Shown: piece by piece, positions 51,176 to 63,839 of the stretch
How the letters are laid out: each line of letters opens with the position of its first letter
Numbering within the stretch: position 1 is the first letter of the stretch
From: Octopus sinensis
Lineage: Eukaryota
Assembly (NCBI RefSeq): GCF_006345805.1
Contig: NC_043007.1
Coordinates: forward strand, 25,792,001-25,856,000
Length of the DNA stretch: 64,000 bases
Direction: 5' to 3'
Notes under the pieces: generated by a model
The model's database searches: none
What the model was told of the DNA's origin: nothing
What the model saw: the letters and a program-made list of their open reading frames with translations, nothing else
Translations under genes and position numbers: made by a program

Positions 51176-51489
51176 ATACATATGTACATATGTATGTGTT
51201 CAAACAGATTCCAAGGAAGCAGTGTTAGTGTAGTATATGTGTGTGTGTGCATGTGTTACCCAGGATTTCCACACACTATTCCAAGGCTGCCAATGTGGAA
51301 ACTTCCCCCTCCATACTACCGTAATGATATCCCCAATATGGTCACATGACTTTGCAGTTGTGTTGTACAACTGCTGCTGCATCACGGCAGCGATATGACA
51401 ATCTGAAAACCGTATCTCACTCTACAAGTTCTGCTGCAACAGCAATAGCAGCAACAACAACATCAATTATTTCTACATCTGCTGCTGTT

Positions 51490-51735
51490 TTTGATGACGA
51501 CGATGACGACGACGATGATGATGATGATGATGATGATGATGAGTTTGATGATGATGATGATGAGTTTGATGATGATGATGATGAGTTTGATGATGATGAT
51601 GATGATGATGATGACGATGACAATGACGATGATGATGTCGATGATGATGATGATGATGATGATTGAGGATGTCGATGATGATGATGATGGTGGTGGTGGT
51701 GGTGGTGGTGGTGGTGGTGGTAACAACAACAACAA
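51490..51735. repeat. (GAT)n/(GGT)n trinucleotide tract
   Basis: Directly visible. Confidence 0.95.
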
Positions 51736-52726
51736 CATGAAGAATGAGTTAGTAGGAGAGCATCTATATGGTAATGAGATCTGTGAGAAACACCAGCCAA
51801 ATCTCACTCAAATCACATTGTACCACATCAGAAAAAGAGCATATTTAATATTATGGTGGTGGTGGTGGTGGTGGCGGCGGCAGTGGTAATGCTATTGTTT
51901 AGCCCTACTTTGACCCTCGCCCAGCAGATTTATATATTTGCAGGCATTCCAACCATGACCATTCCATTTAACTTGCACTGCAGGTTTCTGAGCTCTTCTC
52001 AACAAATGAAGGATATCATCAGAATACACCACAGAGGCAGAGTTGCAGGGAAAGGGGTGCCCCAGCATGGCCGCGGCCTTCGGGCTAAAACATTTTTAAG
52101 GATTATATCATTTCTCAAAAAAAACAGTAATGTTTGGATTTGAGGGGGGAGATTTAGCTGCTATTTCTAGCAGGTCATGCGACTCCATAGAGGAGCCCTT
52201 GTCATTTACTACTGTAGCTGACAGAGCCGTTGCTACGGCAACACAGCTGCTACTAGACATTATCTCACCATGACAACGGTGGTGATCGTTCTTGTTAACC
52301 GCTGGAAAAAGTCAACTGCTGCAACTGCATTTGCATTACTTAGCAGTTGCCGCTGCAACAGGGCTGCTTCTACTGACACTACTTCTGCTACATGTTTTCC
52401 TGTATATGTAATATTTACAAAGATATTTACTGCAACTCTGATATCAACACCAACAACAACAACAACAACAACATGAACCATGAGTTAATAGGAGAGCTTC
52501 TGTATGGCTATGACATCTGCTAGAAATACCAGCCAAATTTCACTCTGTACCACCACATCGGAAAAGATCCACATATTTTAATATTATGGTCTTGAGTTTT
52601 CTACATGTAGGAAAACGACGTGATAGTCATGGCTGGAATGTCTTTGATTAAAAGTTTTAATTGATCAGAGCTGACCTTGGGCTAATGAACAATATTACCA
52701 ACAATAACAACAGTTACTCATTATTT

Positions 52727-52955
52727 ATTCTTTTACTTGTTTCAGTCATTTGACTGTGGCCATGCTGGAGCACCACCTTTAGTCGAGCAAATCGACCCCA
52801 AGACTTATTCTTTGTAAGCCTAGTAATTATTCTATCTCTTTTGCCGAACCGCTAAGTTACGGGTCATAAACACACCAGCATCGGTTGTCAAGCGATGTTG
52901 TGGGGACAAACACAGACACACAAACATATACACAGACACACAAACATATACACAG

Positions 52956-53002
<47 letters not shown>

Positions 53003-53153
53003 TGCAACAGGCTTCTTTCAGTTTCCGTTTACCAAATCCACTCACAAGGCTATAGTAGAAGACACTTGCCCAAGGTGCCACGCAGTGGGAATGAACCCGG
53101 AACCATGTGGTTGGTAAGCAAGCTACTTACCACACAGCCACTCCTGTGCCTAT
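52727..53153 (-). mobile_element. SINE family A
   Basis: Matches the family consensus. Confidence 0.9.
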
Positions 53154-53490
53154 GGTAAAAATAGCAGCCAAACTCTTGTACATTGCACCCCACTATCTCC
53201 AAAAAGGAGGAACATATGTTGACCTGGATATGCAATACCTGAGTGAAAGATGAGGTGGCCATGGCTGGAATATTTTTAATGAAGCAAGATTGTCAAAAAG
53301 GTAAAAGTTCTGGTGGTTGTAGCTGTGAGAAGACAAATTAAATTTGGTGGACTTCAGATTTTTAAGTCAAGGAACCCTCTCAGTAGTCACTCAATTTGCT
53401 GATAATAGCAGCCAAAACTTACTCCATCTTAAAAAAGGAAGTGCACATTGGATACTTTTACCACCATTCCCAACTTAACAATGACAATTA

Positions 53491-53973
53491 TCTATATATA
53501 TAAAGCTGAAGTTGTCTGTGTGTGGCAGCTTTGGTAGCCTTCAACTAGCACTATCTCCTCCGAGACCCTGCGGTGCAAGTTGACCAGAATTGAAAGTATG
53601 ATAGAAGAAGGCTTGCTCTTCATTCCGCAAAAGATAAAATTCAAATCGGACCATGTTAACACCAAAAATTATTTACATAAAAAAGGTGCTTTTTTCTATG
53701 AAAATCCCTATTTTTTATGATTTTTTTACTGCTGTATCGCCATTTTTTGGTGTATTTCAACCAGAAAATTGTTCACTTAAAGAGAATAACAAGCTACATA
53801 ATGGAAAATTTTTACTTTTCAAAAATTCCAATTCTAAAGGGTCAAAACAAACCCGAGCAACGGCGGGCGATACTGCTAGTTAACAAGCTACATAATGGAA
53901 AATTTTTACTTTTCAAAAATTCCATTTCTAAAGGGCTGAAACAAACCCGAGCAACGTAAGGCAATACTGCTAG
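53491..53973 (+). mobile_element. Non-autonomous Helitron-like element with duplicated 3' terminus
   Basis: A|TCTATATATATAAAG start. CTAG|T ends at 53879 and 53973, each preceded by the ACCCGAGCAAC block. Confidence 0.85.
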
Positions 53974-54315
53974 TTATAATAAAAATTATATTTTTTATAA
54001 TTATAAATATAGAACTGAAAACTCATAATTGCTTCTAATTTTTTGGTAAACAGCCAGGAATTTTGAAAGAATGGGAAAAAGTCGATTACATTGACCTGGC
54101 TCTCTGTTGGATCATGACAACGAGTGTGCCAGTTGATTCAATCAGCAGAACAGCCTGCTCGTGGAATTAATGTCTAAGTGGCTGAGTGCTCCACAGACAT
54201 GCATACACTTAACATAGTTCTTTGGGAGATTCAGCATGACACACTGGATGAGACAAGGCTGTCCCATTGCACTACAAGTAGAATTCATTTTTGCCAGCTG
54301 AGTGGATTGAAGCAT

Positions 54316-54808
54316 AAGATGCATAAGATCTGGTCATCAAATCTAAGTAGAGACTTCAAACTTGAAATCTTCAAAGCCACAGTCGAACCAATTCTACTAT
54401 ATGGCTCAGAAACCTGGACATTATCAAAGAAGCTTGAGAGGCGGTTGGATGGAACCTACACTCGCCTCCTTATGAGAGCTCAAAATCTCTCGTGGAAGCG
54501 TCATCCAACCAAAATGCAAATATATGGGAAACTACCACCTGTGTCATCTCTTGTGAAAGGTAGGAGAGTCCAGTTTGCTGGACATTGTTGTAGAGCTGAA
54601 AAAGAAGTAATTTCTACTCTTCTCCTCTGGAAGCCATCTACTCGCAATAACAGAGGGCACACACTCTCCTACCCTGATGTAATCTCCAGGGATACAGGCA
54701 TCCAGCAACAGGACCTCCATAATGCTATGATGGACCGTAAAGTCTGGTGTAGCATGGTAAATTCCACTATCTCGACCACGGTCGAACAATGATGATGATG
54801 ATGATGAT
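54316..54808 (+). mobile_element. 5'-truncated RTE-clade LINE with an open ORF end and (GAT)n tail
   Basis: EPILLYGSETWTL...RRVQFAGHC...DRKVW open to the stop at 54792. TSD GGATTGAAGCAT at 54304 and 54809. Confidence 0.9.
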
Positions 54809-55417
54809 GGATTGAAGCATGATGAAATAAAGTGTCTTGCTTAAGGATATAATGCACAACCAGAAATCGAACTCCCGACCTTATAATTATGAGCTAAACA
54901 CTCTAGCAACTAAGCCACATGCCTTCACTTCTCTTGCTCTTTTACTTGTTTCAGTCATTTGACTGCGGCCATGCTGGAGTACCTCTTTTAGTCAAACAAA
55001 TCAATCCCAGCACTTACTCTTTGTAAGCTTAGTACTTATTCTATCGGTGTCTTCTGCCAAACCACTAAGTTACAGGGACATAAATACACCAACATCGGTT
55101 GTCAAGCAACGGTGGGGGGAGGGGACAAACACAGGCACACAAACATATATATATATATATATATATACAAATAAGAAAATGGAGGAACTGATTCCTTTCA
55201 ATCATTACCAATTCATATTATTTATTAACTACTTAAATAGGAACATCCAAATCCAACAGAATAAAACAATATACATCAATAAGTAAGATAATACCATAAA
55301 AATAATACGCATGAAATGGATCTTACAGCTGTTTCAGTCAATGAATTTGAGGTAAAATATTTTACCTTCGCCCATCTAATACAATAAATGAATTAATTGC
55401 AATTATAAGCATATATA

Positions 55418-55820
55418 GGCGCAGGAGTGGCTGTGTGGTAAGTAGCTTGTTTACCAACCACATGGTTCCGGGTTCATTCCCACTGCGTGGCACCTTGGGC
55501 AAGTGTCTTCTACTATAGCCTTGGGCCGACCAAAGCCTTGTGAGTGGATTTGGTAGACGGAAACTGAAAGAAGCCCGTCGTATATATGTATATATATGCG
55601 TGTGTGTGTTTGTGTGTCTGTGTTTGTCCCCCTAGCATTGCTTGACAACCGATGCTGGTGTGTTTATGTCCCCGTTACTTAGCGGTTCAGCAAAAGAGAC
55701 CGATAGAATAAGTACTGGGCTTACAAAAGAATAAGTCCCGGTGTCGAGTTGCTCGATTAAAGGTGGTGCTCCAGCATGGCCGCAGTCAAATGACTGAAAC
55801 AAGTAAAAGAGTAAAAGAGT
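55418..55820 (+). mobile_element. SINE family A, full length
   Basis: Matches the family consensus. Confidence 0.9.
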
Positions 55821-55945
55821 ATTTATGTATTTGCCTTTTGGGTACTTCACCAGCAGTATATTGGATAACTGATATCCCATAGTGGGTTACACTCATAACC
55901 CCTATCTCACTTTGTACTTATATATATATATATACATATATATGT

Positions 55946-56275
55946 CGTGGAGGTGCAATGGCCCAGTGGTTAGGGCAGCGGACTCCCGGTCATAGGATTG
56001 CGGATTGGATTCCCAAACAGGGCATTGTGAGTGTTTATTGAGCGAAAGCACCTAAAGCTCCATGAGGCTCTGGCAGGGGGTGATGGCGATCCCTGCTGTA
56101 CTCTTTCGCCACAACTTTCCCTCACTCTTTCTTCTGTTGGCCTGCTGGCTTAGCCAGTGGGGTGGCGTCATTTAAAGGCTAAAACAATGCAAAGCGCATT
56201 GTGACCAGCGATGTGTAGCAAAATCTGATAGCCTGGTCGGTCACGTGATCACGTGATATAAATGTCATTTCAATA
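55946..56275 (+). mobile_element. SINE with head C and a fourth tail type
   Basis: Head C body, then GCTAAAACAATGC...GACCAG..CTGGTC..CACGTGATCACGTGAT. Confidence 0.8.
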
Positions 56276-56279
56276 TGTG

Positions 56280-56470
56280 ACCGCGTGTGTATCATTGGCG
56301 ATTTTCTTTCTTTCTTTCTCCGTCTTCCCGTCTTTGGACTTTTTCTATATTTCTGATGAAGAGGTCTGCTTGAAACGTAAAATCCTGTTTCTTTTCTTTC
56401 CTTTCCTGAGCATCCAATAACACTGTACTTATTCCATGTCTTCGCGTTGTTGTTTTTTCTTGTTATGCAG
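56280..56470 (+). mobile_element. Diverged family G fragment with canonical hammerhead core (56349-56383)
   Basis: ATTT-CTGATGA-A-GAG gtctg CTT-GAAAC-GTA-AAAT. Confidence 0.7.
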
Positions 56471-58353
56471 GTATAGGAACTTTCCGGACAACCCAATATT
56501 ATTCTTACAATATTAATTGTAATGTTTGTTGCTATTTAACCCCAGGTCAGCCCAAATCCCTCAGAGCTATAATCGAGGCACAGGTGTGGCTATGTGTGGC
56601 TATGCAAGCTGGCAGAAACGTTAGTGCACCGGGCGAAATGCTTTGCGGTATTTCGTCTGTCGTTATGTTCTGAGTTCAAATTCCGCCAAGGTCGACTTTG
56701 CCTTTCATCCTCTCGGGGTCGATAAATAAAGTACTGGGTCGATGTAACTGACTTAATCCCTTTGTCTGTTCTTGTTTGTCCCCTCTATGTTTAGCCCCTT
56801 GTGGATAGTAAAGAAATATATGTGTAGCATCTTAGGCAAGTATTTTCTACTATAACCCCAGACTGACCAAAGCCCTGTGAGTGGATTTGGTAGACGGAAA
56901 CTGAAAGAAGCCCATAAAAGGCAGCGAGCTGGCAGAAACATTAGAACACCAGACAAAATGCTTAGTAGTGTTTCATCTGTCTATGTTCTGAGTTCAAATT
57001 CTGTTGAGATTGACTTTGCCTCTCATCCTTTCAGGGTCGATAAATTAGGTACCAGTTGTGTACTGGGGTCGATCTAATCGACTGGCCTGCTCCCCAAAAA
57101 TTTCGGGCCTTGTGCCTAGAGTTGAAAGGAATATTAATTGTGATGTTTGTTGTTATTTAACCCCAGGTGGGCCTGAATCTCTCAGAGCTATAATTGAGAC
57201 ATAGGTGTGGCTATGTATAGCATCTTAGGCAAGTGTTTTCTACTATAGCCCCAGGCCTACCAAAGCCTTGTGAGTGGATTTAGTAGAAAGAAATTGAGAG
57301 AAGTGCATCATTTTTGCAGCCCAGGAATCGAAACCACATTCTTATGATCATGAGTCCAACATCCTAACTACTAAGTGATGCACCTCCATTAGTGGTGCTC
57401 ATTCCTACGGCTGAGTGGACTGGAGCAACGTGAAATTATGCGTTTTTGCTCAAGAACACAACACATCACCCAGTCCAGGAAATGAAACCACATTCTTATG
57501 ATCATGAGTCCAACACCCTAACCACTAAGCCACGTTCCTGAGATTAGCTACTACAAATTGACCAGGATGACTGCAGATATTCTTTAGATATTTTGGACAT
57601 GGTGTATCTATGTTCTTCAGCCACAATGTTTGTTCCCAAGTTAGACTATCTAGTACATTGGCTCATATATATGTCTGCAAAAAATCTGCAAATGTCACAA
57701 AAACTGGTCAGCTTCAGACGGTTGAATAAGAATCTATAAAGTCTAAAGTTGAATACTTGAAGACTCCATTACACCAAAGTAGAGTTCTTCAATTAATTTT
57801 TACCATTTCTTTTTACAAGCAACTATAATAAAAAACACTAAGAATAAACAAAAAACCTCGTTTATTTCCAAAATCTCATGCTTAATTTATCTTGAAGATT
57901 AATCATTGCTTCTATATTTGATAAACAAATGAAATATTGATGATGGTGATGGCAGGGGGGAGGGCAAGTAAGGTAAGGTGGTGGTGGTGGTGGTGGTGTA
58001 GATGGCAATGGTTTTGTCAATAGTGATGATGATGGTACTAATGGTAGTGACTGTGGCAGTGGTTGTTGTTTTAAGTGGTGGTGGTGGTGGTGGTGGTGAC
58101 AGTGGTTACGGTGAGAAAGGTAGATGTAATGCGGTGGTGATGGTGGTGATAGTGGTGGGGGCGATTTCATAGATGAAGTATGATTGATGAGGTGAAAGTT
58201 TTGGTGGTCATAGCAGTGGAATGACAAATCAAGTTTCATGGACTTCTGATTTTTAATTAATTATTATTGTAATTATTATAATTATTATTTTCATCATCAT
58301 CATTTGACTCCATGCTACTTGTTGATGTACATTTATGCGCACTGTGTACTCAC

Positions 58354-58578
58354 TTTTAGTCGGATGGTGTAAATACACACAGCCTTATCTGCTCCAGTTT
58401 TGTACCAGTTGACATAAATAACCATTGTCACTCACAGAGTTGATGATAGAGGCCACTGAGCAAGTTGCATGGAATCTGATAAGTTTGTTAGATTCTTCTT
58501 GTAAATATTTCCAACCCAGTTCAAGGCTTTATCACCAGGATAGTATAAAACCTGACCTGTGATTTCAACTATGGCTTC
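58354..58578 (-). CDS. Candidate internal coding exon, product unidentified
   Basis: TTTAATAG| acceptor and |GTGAGT donor, 225 nt, phase 0-0, no stops by hand translation: EAIVEITGQVLYYPGDKALNWVGNIYKKNLTNLSDSMQLAQWPLSSNSVSDNGIYVNWYKTGADKAVCIYTIRLK. It is not in the supplied ORF track. Confidence 0.5.
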
Positions 58579-58699
58579 CTATTAAATTCGTACATATTCA
58601 GCTAATTCTTCTGGTCCTTCATGGAATTTACATCATCATCACATCCAGTTACAACAGTTTCATTGATTTTGGGGCCATTGTGTTCGTCTTCACATCCAG

Positions 58700-59490
58700 C
58701 TATGCCAACTTCACATTTGTCTTCCTGTCTAGTTTCACATTTGTCTTCCTGTCTAGTTTCACATTTGTCTTCCTGTCCAGCTATCACAGCTTCACATCCA
58801 GCCACAACAGCTTCACATTTATCTTCCTGTCCAGCTACACCAGTTTCACATTTGTCTTCACATCCAGCTACAGCAGCTTCACATTTTGTCGTCCTGTCCA
58901 GCTACACCAGTTTCACGTTTGTTTTCCTATCCAGCTATCACAGCTTCACATTCGTCTTCACATCCAACCACAGCAGCTTCACATTCGTCTTCCTGTCCAG
59001 CTACACCAGTTTCCCATTTGTCTTCATGTCCAACTATCACAGCTTCACATTTGTCTTCACATCCAACAACAGCAGCTTCACAATTTTCTTCGTGTCCAGC
59101 TACAGAAGCTTCACATTCGTCTTCCTGTCCAGCTATCACAGCTTCACATCCAACCACAGCAGATTCACATTTGTCTTTCTGTCCATTTACACCAGTTTCA
59201 CATTTGTCTTCATATCCAGCTATCACAGCTTCACATTTATCTTTACATCCAGCCACAGCAGCTTCACATTCGTCTTCCTGTCCAGCTACACCAGTTTCCC
59301 ATTTGTCTTCATGTCAAGCAATCACAGCTTCACATTTGTCTTCACATCTAGCCAAAGAAGTTTCACATTTGTCTTCCTGTCCAGCTACACCAGTTTCACA
59401 TTTGTCTTCAGGTCCAGCTATCACAGCTTCACACTTGTCTTCACATCCAGCCACAGCAGCTTCACATTTGTCTTCACATCCAGTTACACC
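58700..59490. repeat. 33-bp minisatellite (roughly two dozen units)
   Basis: Unit similar to CAGCTTCACATTTGTCTTCCTGTCCAGCTATCA. Confidence 0.9.
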
Positions 59491-59716
59491 TGCTTCAACA
59501 CTGGGTTCATCACATCTGTCTACATCAGCTTCATTGAATTTATGATCCTTGTTGTATTTGTCATCATGTCCATCTACTTCAACATAGCATGGCAAGCCCT
59601 CAATAGTTGATTCTGGTTCGGACCATTCAAACTCTGAGAGTGATTATTTGCCCAGTAGATCAGATGGTTCTGATTCCAGTAGCAATGATGATTATCTATT
59701 GCATAAAAGGAGTAGG

Positions 59717-60101
59717 TAGGAGCACTCCGTCGGTTTCGATGATTAGGGTCCCAGCTGATACGATCAACGGGACAGCTTGCTCGTGATATTAACATGCAAG
59801 TGGCTGAGCACTCCACAGACACGTGTATCCTTAACGTAGTTCTCGGGGATATTCAGCGTGACACAGAGAGTGACAAGGCTGGCCCTTTGAAATACAGGTA
59901 CAAGAGAAACAGGAAGAAAGAGCGAGAGAAAGTTGTGGTGAAAGAGTACAGCAGGGTTCACCACCACCCCCTGCCGGAGCCTCGTGGAGCTTTTAGGTGT
60001 TTTTGCTCAATAAAACACTCACAATGCCCGGTCTGGGAATCGAAACCGCGATCCTCCGACCGCGAGTCCGCTGCCCTAACCACTGGGCCATTGCACCTCC
60101 A
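59717..60101 (-). mobile_element. SINE family C with 14-bp TSD
   Basis: ATAAAAGGAGTAGG at 59703 and 60102. Confidence 0.9.
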
Positions 60102-60471
60102 ATAAAAGGAGTAGGAGGGCAGAAGCCATGACCCTGATCAACAGAATGTGGTGTGGTAAGCGATGGACAATTTTCTGATACAAAAGCAGACCTTCAGAAC
60201 CACAGTTCATCATTGGAGGTATTCTCTGAATTCATTACAAAGAAAATGCTTGAATACATGGCTGACAAAAACCAATGACAATACTGTGAATCATCCACAG
60301 AATGCAAGGCCTGGACATGATGCTGAATAGTTTCCAACTACAGGTGACAACCTCATTTTTGCATGCATTTTTCACTCGCATTGGTATTGTGCAGTAAGCA
60401 ATGCTTGCTTCATATTGGAGCAGGGACCCCACATCTGCAGTGTCTTTCTTTGCAGAGACAATACCATATGT

Positions 60472-60850
60472 TTCTTTATTTCACAGAAGAGATAAACAAG
60501 GACAGACAAAGAGACACCAGTGCATAACTGGTACTTAATTTATCAACCCCGAAGGGATGAAAAGCAAAGTCAACCTCGGCAGGACTTGAACTCATAACGT
60601 AATGGCAGATGAAATACCTATTTCTTTACTACCCACAAGGGGCTAAACACAGAGGGGAAAAACAAGAACAGACAAAGGGATTAAGTCGATTATATCGACT
60701 CCAGTGCATAACTGGTACTTATTTAATCGACCCCGAAAGGATGAAAGGCAAAGTTAACCTCGGCAGAATTTGAACTCAGAACGTAACGGCAGACAAAATA
60801 CCGCTAAGCATTTCATCTGGCGTGCTAATGTTTCTGCCAGCTTGCCACCT
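60472..60850 (-). mobile_element. Family D SINE: one head + two bodies
   Basis: Junction GGTATTT on the minus strand. TSD AGAGACAATACCATATG near 60455 and 60853. Confidence 0.85.
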
Positions 60851-61529
60851 AAAGAGACAATACCATATGATTGTGTTTTAGCATTGCTGAAGAAACCTTC
60901 ATTTCAACTCTGGAGACAACAATGAGGCCAGGCTTCACAAAATTGCAGGCCTTGTGCCAAAAATACAAAAGAATTCTTATTCTGATTATCATTAAGGCAG
61001 TGATAGCAGCAAGCTAGCAGAACTGTTAGAACGCTGGACAAAATACTTAGCAGTATTTCGCCTGATTCAGATTCCATCAAGGTCAACTTTGCCTTTCATC
61101 TTTTCGGAGTCAATAAATTAAGTACCAGTGAAGCACTGGGGTCAATGTAATCAACTAGTCCTCTCTCTCAAAATTTCAGGCCTTGTGCTCTTAACAGAAA
61201 GGATTGTTATTATTATTATTAAGGCAGTGAGCTGGCTGAACCATGGAACAAAATGCTTAGTAGCTCTTTACTTTCTGAGTTCAAGTTCTGCAGAGGCTGA
61301 CTTTGCTTTGGTCAGCCCGAGGTTATAGTAGAAGACACTTGCCCAAGGTGCCACGCAGTGGGACTGAACCCGGAACCATGTGGTTGGTAAGCAAGCTACT
61401 TACCACACAACCACTCCTATGCCTTAAAATTATCTCCCCTTTTCCTTGAGAGTCGTTAACACTTACATCTGGATTTTTGATTTCTTTCTCTCACTAGAAA
61501 AGAAATTGCATTTCATTGAAAATATTTTG

Positions 61530-62550
61530 TCAAGCCAAGATGATGATGAAGACAGTGGCAATGATAGTGATAGTAAAGATGACGATAAGGATGATGATCC
61601 TGATGGTGAAGATAGTGGTTATGGTGATGATAAGTGGCAATAAAGTTGATAATGGTGAGATACCGCTACCAAAATAATGGCGATGAGGATGATGACGGTG
61701 GCAATGATTATAATGATGCTGAGGATGATAAAAGTGGTGGGGGTGGGGGTGCTGCAGCTGCAGTTGGTAGTAGTGGTGGTTGTGGTGGTGGTAATGGTGG
61801 TGGTGGTGGTGGTGATGCTGCTGGTGGTGCAGGTGCTGATGTTGGTGGTGGTGCTGGTGGTAGTGGTGGTGGTGGTAGTGGTGGTGGTGCTGGTGGTAGT
61901 AGTGGTGGTGCTGGTGTTAGTGGTGGTGGTGGTAGTGGTGGTGGTTTTGGTGGTTGTTTTGGTGGTGGTTTTGGTGGTGGTGGTAGTGGTGATAGTGGTA
62001 TTGGTGGTGGTAATGGTGGTGGTGGTGCAGGTGCTGATGTTGGTGGTGGTGCTGGTGGTAGTGGTGGTGGTGCTGGTGGTAGTGGTGCTGGTGCTGGTGT
62101 TAGTGGTGGTGGTGGTGGTGGTGGTGGTGGTAGTGGTGGTTGTCTTGGTGGTGGTTTAGGTGGTGGTGGTAGTGGTGATAGTGGTATTGGTGGTGGTAGT
62201 GCTGGTGCTAATGTTGATGGTGGTGCTGGTGGTGGTAGTGGTGCTGCTGCTGCTGCTGGGGCAGGGGTTATGAAATAGTGACAAACATAACTAATATCAA
62301 TAAAGGTGGTAATGTCAGTGATGAGAGTAGTGGTGGGGATGGTGGTGGTGGTGCTACTGCTGCTGCTGATGCTGGTGGTAGTGATGGTAATAATGTTTGC
62401 AGTGGTAATGGAAGGCATGATGATGATGATGATGATGCAGAAGAGGATGATCTAGCTGCTACTATTGTTTCTGATGGTATTGATGATAGCAGCTGTGATG
62501 ATGAAGAACTGCTGAGCTTGCTTCTGCTTCTGCTTTTGCTGTGCTGCTGC

Positions 62551-62597
<47 letters not shown>

Positions 62598-62935
62598 GTG
62601 ATGGTAATGGTGGTGGTGGTGGTGGTGGTGGTGGTGGTGGTGATGAGGAGGAGGATGATGGCAATGATGATGATGATGATGATGATGATGATGGCAATGA
62701 TGATGATGATGACAATGATAACAGTCATAGGGATGGTGGTGCTGGTGGTAGTGGTGGTGGTGGTAATGATGATGTTGATGATGATGACAAAAACCATGAT
62801 GGTGGTGTGGTGGTGGTGGTGGTGGTGGTGTGGTGGTGGTGGTGGTGGTGGTGGTGGTGGTGGTGGTTGTGGTGGTGGCATCAGCTATGGTTGTGTGGAT
62901 GACAGCAACAACAACAACAACAACAACAATAACGA
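61530..62935. repeat. Large degenerate trinucleotide region (GAT/GGT/GCT/AGT)
   Basis: Directly visible. Includes an internally duplicated block of about 190 bp. Confidence 0.9.
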
Positions 62936-63503
62936 CAACATGTGCTCTATTAAATTATTACAAGTCAAACCATTTGGCCAGCAAACCAACAAGCCAGCAT
63001 GAGGAAACAAACTGAAGCAGAAGATTCAATTATTTGCCATTGGTTATTAAAGGAATGTGATTTACAGCGATTTCTGTACTTTTTCCCATCCCTTAGAAGA
63101 CAATTGACTTTTTGTCTGGATTATTGGACAATTTCAGACACACTTCAGTGAATTTATTTCTTGGAATGCAGCTGTGTCATGCAGCAATTTTGACAATTCC
63201 TTCGTACACACCAAACTGTAAACAAGCAAGCGTGTTTTAATGGAGATGTCTGCATAGAGCAGACATTACAAAGACTTTGCTACGACTCATTGACATTAAT
63301 ATATTGAGTGAATGTGTATGTAATTTTGGAAATGCTTGAGCATATCTGTAATATGTGAGTGAGGGTAAATGAACACACACATACATATATGGGTTAACAT
63401 ATATATATATGGGTCTGTAAGTATCAATGTGTGTGTGTATGCATAGGCATTTCTATGTGTGGGCAAATGTGTTGATATCAGTATGTGGTGCACTGATATA
63501 TAT

Positions 63504-63549
<46 letters not shown>

Positions 63550-63839
63550 ACACACATACATATATACATATAGATATAGATATATATACATATATATATA
63601 TATAATATATATATATATATGTATATATCATCATCATCATCATCATCATCATTTAACGTCCGCTTTCCATGCTAGCAAGGGTTGGACGGCTCAACTGGTG
63701 TCTGGGGAGCCCGAAGGCTGCATCAGGCCAGTCAGATCTGGCAGTGTTTCTACAGCTGGATGCCCTTCCTAACGCCAACCACTCCGAGAGTGTATATATA
63801 TATGCATGTATATATTATATATAGATAGATAGATATGTT

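Larger units (their letters stand above)
59600..60960 (+). pseudogene. Decayed piggyBac-like transposase (N-terminal part), interrupted by two SINEs
   Basis: Acidic SDSSSNDDY segment, then EVFSEFITKKMLEYMADKTN, SYWSRDP and NLHFNSGDNNEARLHKI in shifting frames. Confidence 0.7.

Noticed and set aside
57804-57822. 19-nt microexon downstream of the 58354-58578 candidate
   Set aside because: Splice signals are plausible, but it is too short to support without transcript data.
58621-59610. 329-aa ORF as a genuine gene
   Set aside because: It switches repeat register midway at a 1-nt insertion, and its openness follows from the stop-poor 33-bp unit.
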